Shown here one piece after another: positions 35,348 to 41,233 of a DNA stretch of 41,233 nt. The notes beneath the pieces were generated by a model, which saw nothing but the letters and a program-made list of their open reading frames with translations, was not told the origin of the DNA and made no database searches. Each line of letters begins with the position of its first letter. Within the stretch, counting starts at the first letter, position 1. This DNA is from Bacteroidota bacterium (GTDB taxonomy: Bacteria; Bacteroidota; Bacteroidia; UBA7662), in assembly GCA_016868485.1 (NCBI GenBank), contig VGGT01000002.1:1-41233 (forward strand), given 5' to 3'. A program made the position numbers and the translations under genes.

Positions 35348-36340
35348 ATGGCTCTATCCATCGGCGTATTGGGTGCAGGTCATCTCGGCAAAATCCACAT
35401 GCGCTGCCTGCGCGCCCTTCCCGAGCATTTCGATTTAAAGGGTTTTTATGACCCTGATGTCGAACAGGCAAAGCGTGTTTCCGAGTTGTTTGGACTTCCC
35501 GCCTTTGGTTCAATGGAGGCATTACTCGATGAAGTGTCTGTCGTGGACATTGTTACCCCAACAATGACCCATTTTGCTTGTGCAGAGGCCGCAATCCGGC
35601 GGATGCGGCATGTTTTTATCGAAAAGCCACTCACACAGACCCTGGAAGAAGGACGTACATTGGTTCGCTTGGCTCAGGAGGCCGGAATTAAGGTGCAAGT
35701 GGGCCATGTGGAACGATTCAACCCCGCATTCCAGGCGGTCTTACCCCATTTACACCAGCCCAGATTCATAGAAGCGCATCGGCTCAGCTTGTTTAATCCA
35801 CGGGGAACAGATGTTTCGATTGTACTGGACCTCATGATTCATGATATCGACGTTTTGCTGAGCGTAGTGGGTGGAGGCATACGAAAAATAAGCGCGAGCG
35901 GTGTTTGTGTGGTTTCGCCTACGCCAGACATCGCCAATGCCCGAATTGAATTTCACAACGGATGCGTAGCCAACCTCACAGCCAGTCGACTCAGTTTGAA
36001 GAACATGCGAAAAATGCGTTTTTTTCAATCCGATGCCTATTTATCGGTCGATTTTCTGAACCGCGAATCTGAGATTTTGCGCATGAGTGAAGATGAACCC
36101 ACCACGACCGAATCGGCTACACCAGTCGATTTAGGCCCGCAATTGGGCACTCGTTGGATTACCCATGCGCGACAAAATCCTCCAGAAACCAATGCCATCA
36201 TGGAAGAACTGCGGTTATTCGCTGAATCCATCGAAGCGGGAAGTGAGCCTATAGTGGGCGTCGAAGCCGGATTTAGGGCTTTAGAAGTAGCTTTCGAAAT
36301 ATTAGCGCAAATGGATGCGGCCGAACCCCCTAAAGAATGA
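35348..36340 (+). CDS. Gfo/Idh/MocA-family NAD(P)-dependent oxidoreductase
   Basis: N-terminal Rossmann motif IGVLGAGHLGKIH, and EKP motif FIEKPL. 330 aa. Confidence 0.85.
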   Translation: MALSIGVLGAGHLGKIHMRCLRALPEHFDLKGFYDPDVEQAKRVSELFGLPAFGSMEALLDEVSVVDIVTPTMTHFACAEAAIRRMRHVFIEKPLTQTLEEGRTLVRLAQEAGIKVQVGHVERFNPAFQAVLPHLHQPRFIEAHRLSLFNPRGTDVSIVLDLMIHDIDVLLSVVGGGIRKISASGVCVVSPTPDIANARIEFHNGCVANLTASRLSLKNMRKMRFFQSDAYLSVDFLNRESEILRMSEDEPTTTESATPVDLGPQLGTRWITHARQNPPETNAIMEELRLFAESIEAGSEPIVGVEAGFRALEVAFEILAQMDAAEPPKE

Positions 36341-37194
36341 AGATATTTTTTGCTCTTGCGTTGATGTGGGTGCTCATGGGCTGTAGTTTGTATACAGCAG
36401 ATCGGGGAATTCCATCTTACATCTACATACCCGGCTTCAACCTAACCACAACCTATGCCGAACATGGAAGCGGAAGTTCAAACATTAAAGATGTCTGGGT
36501 ATTTATCGACGGAGACCTACAGGGGGTTTATCCGCTGCCTGCACATTTCCCGATCCTAAGAGAAGGAGCAATTGATCTTCAACTGAGCGCAGGGGTCGTT
36601 CTCAACGGCATCTCTGCCACCCGTTCAATTTATCCATTTTACACCCAGGCAAATGCCTCAGCGGAGCTGAACGCAGGCCAGACTGATACCATTTTGCCAG
36701 GAGTTACATACCGGACATCCACCCAATTTACGTGGATGGAGGATTTCGAAGGTCAAGGCTTCAGCCTTCGGACGTCGCCCTCGAGCGACACCAACATCGG
36801 TAGGGCAGATAACCCAGCCGAGGTTTTTGAGGGCGCAAGATCGATGTATATTGCGGTGGACCCGCGCGCGCCTTATTTTCAAGCAGAGGGCATACAGACT
36901 TTTTCGCCGCCTGGCGTTGGCTTGTTTCCCGTATTTCTCGAACTCAACTACCGGAACACCCAGGCATTCGAAATTGGTCTACAGATCATTGGCCCGGCCG
37001 GCTCCATCACTGACCTTCCCATCGTGGTTTTTGCGCCTTCTCCCAATGAATGGAAGAAGCAGTACGTCAATTTTTCGCCATTTCTCCAACGAACACCGGG
37101 CTATACCTATCGCGTTTTGATCACAGCGCGCCACGAGGCCTCCTTGGGCCAAACGGGAACGATCTGGCTCGATAATTTGAAGCTATTGTGGTGA
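36337..37194 (+). CDS. Hypothetical lipoprotein
   Basis: Lipobox LMGCS. 285 aa, predicted to be beta-rich. Its start overlaps the upstream stop (ATGA) and its stop overlaps the downstream GTG start. Confidence 0.6.
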   Translation: MKIFFALALMWVLMGCSLYTADRGIPSYIYIPGFNLTTTYAEHGSGSSNIKDVWVFIDGDLQGVYPLPAHFPILREGAIDLQLSAGVVLNGISATRSIYPFYTQANASAELNAGQTDTILPGVTYRTSTQFTWMEDFEGQGFSLRTSPSSDTNIGRADNPAEVFEGARSMYIAVDPRAPYFQAEGIQTFSPPGVGLFPVFLELNYRNTQAFEIGLQIIGPAGSITDLPIVVFAPSPNEWKKQYVNFSPFLQRTPGYTYRVLITARHEASLGQTGTIWLDNLKLLW

Positions 37195-38612
37195 ACCGGA
37201 AGCGAATTGATGCCTTACTATACGCTGCGGGAGACTGGCTATCCGCCTTACTCGCATGGTTTTTATTTTTCCGATACCGCAAACTCTACATCGAACGACT
37301 CCCATCATACACAAGCGATTGGACCGATCTCGACTCAAATCTCATTAAGGGTCTTTTGGTCGTTCCAATGTGCTGGTTACTGTTGTATGCTGCCTCCGGA
37401 ACCTACAACGATATTTATAGAAAGTCGAGGCTCAGCGAACTGGCCGGTACTTTTTTAGCTACCCTAATTGGGGTCGTGGCTCTGTTTTTTGCATTGATTC
37501 TTGATGACCAAATCATCAGTTATAAGAATTATTATAACAGTTTATTGGTATTATTTTGCCTTCATTTTACCCTTACTTTTTGTTCACGCTACACACAATT
37601 ATCCATAATTTCGGGTAGATTATATGCGGGTAAGATCACGTTCAAGACCTTGTTGGTCGGCGATAATCCACGCGCACTGAATCTCCTTGATGAGATGAAG
37701 CGCCAGAGAAAGCCAACTGGAAATCAGTTCATCGGATGTATCCGGCTTACCAATGGTTCACCGCACGGCAGCCTCCATGGCGTTTTACCTTCGTTGGGTT
37801 ATTTGGCGGATCTTCCTGATTTGATTCGCAGACATGGGGTGGAGGAAATTGTGCTGGCACTCGATGAAAAGGAGCACCACCGCTACAATGAGGTGGTAAA
37901 CCTCATTCGCGATGAGGGTGTGATCATCAAGATCGTACCTGAGATGTACGACATCATGCTCGGGCACGTCAAAATGCAGCACATTTTTGGACTGTTGTTG
38001 ATTGAAATTTATCCTGATTTGATGCCCCCATGGCAAGTGAGCATCAAACGAATGGTGGATCTACTCGTATCGATATTGGCCTTAATTCTATTGGCCCCCC
38101 TTATGTTGTATTGTGCCGTTCGGGTGAGAATGGGTTCAAACGGCCCTGTTTTGTTTCGTCAGGAGCGAATTGGGCTGGCGGGCAAGCCCTTTGTTATTTA
38201 TAAATTCCGGTCGATGGTGGTCGATGCTGAGGTCAACGGTCCGACCCTTTCGAGTGCGCATGATCCACGCATCACTACTTTTGGGCGCAGCTTACGCAAA
38301 TGGCGACTGGATGAACTCCCACAATTCTACAATGTCTTGCTTGGAGACATGTCATTGGTAGGACCACGTCCCGAACGTCGCTTCTACATCGAACAACTGA
38401 TGGAAGTGGCCCCTCAATACAAGCATTTGCTCAAGGTGAAACCCGGAATAACCAGTTGGGGGCAAGTGAAATATGGGTATGCAGAAAATTTAGCCCAAAT
38501 GTTGGAGCGATTGAAATATGATTTGCTCTATATCGAGAATCGGTCGCTTTTGGTCGACTTTAAGATACTCATATACACCCTGATCATCTTGTTGGAGGGT
38601 AAAGGAAAGTAA
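37188..38612 (+). CDS. Polyprenyl-phosphate sugar phosphotransferase (WbaP/EpsL-type bacterial sugar transferase)
   Basis: N-terminal TM segments, a central NAD-like linker domain, and a C-terminal Bac_transf core: KR..D......L..L.P......VR..S.GPV.F.QER.G..GK.F..YKFRSM, RIT..G..LRK..LDELPQ..NVL.G.MSLVGPRP. Confidence 0.87.
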   Translation: MVNRKRIDALLYAAGDWLSALLAWFLFFRYRKLYIERLPSYTSDWTDLDSNLIKGLLVVPMCWLLLYAASGTYNDIYRKSRLSELAGTFLATLIGVVALFFALILDDQIISYKNYYNSLLVLFCLHFTLTFCSRYTQLSIISGRLYAGKITFKTLLVGDNPRALNLLDEMKRQRKPTGNQFIGCIRLTNGSPHGSLHGVLPSLGYLADLPDLIRRHGVEEIVLALDEKEHHRYNEVVNLIRDEGVIIKIVPEMYDIMLGHVKMQHIFGLLLIEIYPDLMPPWQVSIKRMVDLLVSILALILLAPLMLYCAVRVRMGSNGPVLFRQERIGLAGKPFVIYKFRSMVVDAEVNGPTLSSAHDPRITTFGRSLRKWRLDELPQFYNVLLGDMSLVGPRPERRFYIEQLMEVAPQYKHLLKVKPGITSWGQVKYGYAENLAQMLERLKYDLLYIENRSLLVDFKILIYTLIILLEGKGK

Positions 38613-38676
38613 ATTCTATCTAATTATTCTTGAAATTTAAGTAAAAGTTGCTGGAGGGTAAAGGAAATTCTACCTA
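38589..38676 (+). repeat. Direct repeat: the 3' end of the sugar-transferase gene including its stop (38589-38622) is repeated at 38647-38676
   Basis: TTGTTGGAGGGTAAAGGAAAGTAAATTCTATCTA versus GTTGCTGGAGGGTAAAGGAAATTCTACCTA. The second copy lacks AGTA and overlaps the stop codon of the convergent gene. Confidence 0.8.
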
Positions 38677-39246
38677 AAAATCGGCCCCAGACCATTGTAT
38701 GCGGAAATCTGGTGCCATCAACAGCTGGGTTTTTTTACGCCCTTTATGGTTAACACTTACCACATATCGTTGTTCTGGAAAATCCTGAGTCAGTAGGGTA
38801 TTCACGAATGTCCATTCGGACGTGTCTGCTGTACCCAATTCATGCTCCATGTAGAGCCAAATAGAATCGTCTTCCCGCTCGCATCCCACGTATTTCAATT
38901 CAATTGAACGAGAATCTGCGCTGATTTGTATCTCCTTTCGGAGTGTGGATGAAAGCAACCAGAAATTCGTGGCACTATCGCCCAGGGTCAGGTCAACGTT
39001 TTTTTTGAATTGTCTGCCCAATGCCCACTCAAGATCATCCGTAAATACCCGGATGGCTATTTCCAGGTGCGTTCGATCGATATGCACTTCAACCAAGCCA
39101 AGGTGAAAAGGATGCGGCATGGGGTGCGGCAGCACAGTAGGGTGATCAACAGGCGGCTTAGCGAAAGAAAACATTGTAATAAAATGTATAATAACAGTGG
39201 ATAATAATGATTTTATATTCATTATTTGGTATAAGGAGCGATGCAT
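38674..39246 (-). CDS. Hypothetical secreted protein, DUF6702-like
   Basis: Signal peptide (MNIKSLLSTVIIHFITMFSFA from ATG 39222, or ATG 39246). The pattern HPFHLGLVEVHID...LEIAIRVFTDDLE...Y.G.E.E.D..W.Y.E......N..L...F.EQ resembles, from memory, the flavobacterial DUF6702 family. Confidence 0.5.
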   Translation of the reverse strand: MHRSLYQIMNIKSLLSTVIIHFITMFSFAKPPVDHPTVLPHPMPHPFHLGLVEVHIDRTHLEIAIRVFTDDLEWALGRQFKKNVDLTLGDSATNFWLLSSTLRKEIQISADSRSIELKYVGCEREDDSIWLYMEHELGTADTSEWTFVNTLLTQDFPEQRYVVSVNHKGRKKTQLLMAPDFRIQWSGADF

Positions 39247-39260
39247 AATGCTATCTTCTG

Positions 39261-39294
39261 ATCGGTTTGATGCAATAATCGGTTTGATGCAATT
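39261..39294. repeat. 17-bp x2 tandem repeat (ATCGGTTTGATGCAATW)
   Basis: Read directly. Lies between the pyrE stop and the start of the DUF6702-like gene. Confidence 0.85.
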
Positions 39295-39301
39295 CTATGG
39301 A

Positions 39302-39943
39302 TTACACCCCCGACCAAGCCGCTGGGTTTTCCCTCCATTGGCTTAACAATGTTAACTCAGTTGCTGTAAGTGCCCCCGATAATCGGGCCATGCTCAAGAG
39401 GGTGGGGTAGTCGCACAAACTAAAGAAAGGAATCTCGGCTTCTTTGAATAGCGTTTGAGCCTGATCGAATCCATAACTGAAGACCGAAACAATACACAGC
39501 ACATTCATATCGGCATCCTGAACGGCTCTAGCCGCCTTCAATGAACTGCCCCCTGTTGAAATTAAATCCTCGATCAGCACAATGCCAGAATGAGGAAATG
39601 TCTGTCCTTCTATCTGCTGGCCGCGACCGTGTTGCTTGGGCTCAGGGCGCACATAAAGCATAGGCAGTTGAAGTCGATCAGCCACCAAGGCCGCCTGTGG
39701 TATTCCAGCTGTGGCTACCCCTGCAATGGCCTGTGCCTCTGGAACATTTTGTTGGATGTGATGAGCAAGCGCGTCGGCAATAAAAGTTCGAGCAATGGGA
39801 TCACCCAAGGTAAGTCGGTTATCACAGTAGATTGGCGAGAGCCAACCACTTGCCCATTTAAATGGAGATTTTGGGGATAAACTAACGGCTTTTATTTTTA
39901 GCAGAAGTTTCGCAACTTGTTCGGCTGTTTCTTGTGGATTCAT
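39302..39943 (-). CDS. pyrE: Orotate phosphoribosyltransferase
   Basis: 213 aa. Motifs: F.WASGW.SPIYCDNR and the PRPP loop VLIEDLISTGGSS. Confidence 0.92.
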   Translation of the reverse strand: MNPQETAEQVAKLLLKIKAVSLSPKSPFKWASGWLSPIYCDNRLTLGDPIARTFIADALAHHIQQNVPEAQAIAGVATAGIPQAALVADRLQLPMLYVRPEPKQHGRGQQIEGQTFPHSGIVLIEDLISTGGSSLKAARAVQDADMNVLCIVSVFSYGFDQAQTLFKEAEIPFFSLCDYPTLLSMARLSGALTATELTLLSQWRENPAAWSGV

Positions 39944-39945
39944 AC

Positions 39946-40593
39946 ATGCAAAAATACCTCATTTTTTTCTCGGATCGCGTGATCAACTTTTCATCGAATG
40001 AGCGATGGACGCCTCAGACAGGCCATATAGTATTGCAAGGCTTGAAAGCAAAAGACCTCCATCGTTGGTTAAAGAAATTGGAGCAAGATCCTGGAATTAA
40101 AGAAATAACACTGCAAGTAGAAGATCCCAAGTCAGTCTTCCTCGAATTTGTTGATTCGATGAAGAAGATTCAAGCAGCCGGCGGAGTAGTTTCTATGGCC
40201 GGCAGGGCCCTTTTCATTCACCGATTTGGTCGCTGGGATTTGCCCAAAGGGAAAATGGAGCCTAGTGAAACGCCCGAGCAAACGGCATTGCGGGAGGTCG
40301 AAGAGGAGTGTGGGGTAGGGGAGTTGACACTGGAGCGTCGTTTTTCAGATACATTTCATATCTACTTCTATGAAGGACAATATGTGGTTAAACAAACGTA
40401 CTGGTTTGGGATGTCGACCCGCTATTGTGGTGAACTCAAACCGCAATGGGAAGAGGGAATCGAAGAAGTGGCTTGGATAGAGCCATCAACTTGGGATCAA
40501 CTTGTCTTGCCCCAAACTTATCCATCCCTTGTGCCCTTATTGATGGAGGCCAAGCAGTGGATGCAGCCGACGCTTGCGTTGGATATTCAGTGA
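39946..40593 (+). CDS. NUDIX hydrolase with an N-terminal extra domain
   Basis: Nudix box GKMEPSETPEQTALREVEEECGV. Start taken at ATG 39946 (MQKYLIFF...) rather than the GTG at 39934, which overlaps pyrE. Confidence 0.8.
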   Translation: MQKYLIFFSDRVINFSSNERWTPQTGHIVLQGLKAKDLHRWLKKLEQDPGIKEITLQVEDPKSVFLEFVDSMKKIQAAGGVVSMAGRALFIHRFGRWDLPKGKMEPSETPEQTALREVEEECGVGELTLERRFSDTFHIYFYEGQYVVKQTYWFGMSTRYCGELKPQWEEGIEEVAWIEPSTWDQLVLPQTYPSLVPLLMEAKQWMQPTLALDIQ

Positions 40594-40611
40594 TTGAATA
40601 TGGGTCATTTT

Positions 40612-40680
40612 TTATTGTTGACCGGGTAGCAGCAAACCCTCGGGTTTTTACTGTTGAGCGGGTAGCAGCAAACCCTCGGG
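40612..40680 (-). repeat. 36-bp-period tandem duplication of the coaD 3' terminus including the stop codon
   Basis: Copy B (40648-40680) encodes PEGLLLPAQQ* as the real coaD end. Copy A (40612-40644), just downstream on the minus strand, would read PEGLLLPGQQ*. There are 2 mismatches in 33 nt. Confidence 0.9.
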
Positions 40681-41115
40681 CAAAAGAGTGGATGCGTCTC
40701 CGCCGTGCCGAATAATGTCCCGCACAAGTGTCGATGATATGTGATTGGCTTTCGGATCACCCGCTAAAAACAGCGTATCGACACCATACAATTCCAAGTT
40801 CAATTGGGCAATGTTGCGTTCATATTCGAAGTCTTGTGCGCTGCGAAGTCCCCTCAAAATCCAGTTGATTCCTTCTTTTCGACAAAAAACTGCGGTTAAT
40901 CCGGTGTAGGATAAAATTTCCACCCGATTCATGGGTCCAAAAGCCTGTTTAAGCATCTGGATACGTTCATCTCTTGTAAACAGGGTTGATTTTCCTTGGT
41001 TCTCACCGATTCCGATTTTGATCTGTGCGAACTGCTTCAAACCCCGCTCAACAAGGAGGTAGTGGCCGAGTGTAATGGGATCAAAAGTCCCAGGGAATAG
41101 GGCGGTTCCGTTCAC
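40648..41115 (-). CDS. coaD: Phosphopantetheine adenylyltransferase
   Basis: FPGTFDPIT.GH motif, ...N..K...F...ER, and ISST.VR. The GTG start at 41115 gives a canonical 155 aa. The ORF-track ATG starts (41169, 41223) would add 18-36 unusual residues. Confidence 0.8.
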   Translation of the reverse strand: MNGTALFPGTFDPITLGHYLLVERGLKQFAQIKIGIGENQGKSTLFTRDERIQMLKQAFGPMNRVEILSYTGLTAVFCRKEGINWILRGLRSAQDFEYERNIAQLNLELYGVDTLFLAGDPKANHISSTLVRDIIRHGGDASTLLPEGLLLPAQQ

Positions 41116-41233
41116 AAAGTTGTGATTATGATGAGGGAACCTCAAATATACTAAAAACGGCCTCCCCATAGCGGCGCGATTCTTGAAAACCTGTATAAGT
41201 GCCAAAATCGTGCGCCCGGTCATGTTCCAGGAT

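Overview
This 41.2-kb window reads as a core chromosomal region of a Bacteroidota-type bacterium. The lineage call rests on a type-B (CHU_C/gliding-type) T9SS C-terminal domain, a CarboxypepD_reg-type TonB-dependent receptor, a DAHP synthase-chorismate mutase fusion, TAnnTTTG-like -7 boxes and no obvious Shine-Dalgarno sites. About 33 protein genes and one tRNA-Lys(UUU) are supported.

Gene content:
- uvrC (partial).
- A shikimate operon: DAHPS-CM, aroB, aroA, aroC.
- A DAACS symporter, rpsA, tsaE, an AlaDH-family protein, xseA, mrp/apbC, pyrF and a prolyl oligopeptidase.
- A TonB-dependent receptor, a 2-oxoacid dehydrogenase E2 and a GlcD-like flavoprotein.
- Two hypothetical envelope proteins followed by a 1237-aa T9SS cargo protein.
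- A 7TMR-DISM histidine kinase with a NarL-type regulator.
- pdxH, yqgE/algH, apbE, a conserved unknown protein and pcm.
- A translationally coupled trio: Gfo/Idh/MocA oxidoreductase, lipoprotein and polyprenyl-phosphate sugar transferase.
- A DUF6702-like protein, pyrE, a NUDIX hydrolase and coaD.

I found no transposase, integrase, CRISPR array, restriction, toxin or other recognisable defence or mobile module. I cannot honestly nominate a new multi-gene system here.

The genuinely unusual signal is structural. At least eleven short tandem duplications (unit 9-63 bp) are present. Most sit exactly against start or stop codons:
- Three copy a stop codon: two also copy the last codons of the gene, one copies the 18 nt after the stop.
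- Two G-poor arrays fill entire 5' leaders or intercistronic spacers.
- Three lie in frame inside genes: rpsA and aroA, which are normally essential, and the TonB receptor pre-sequence.

All domain calls come from motif recognition by eye, with no database search.
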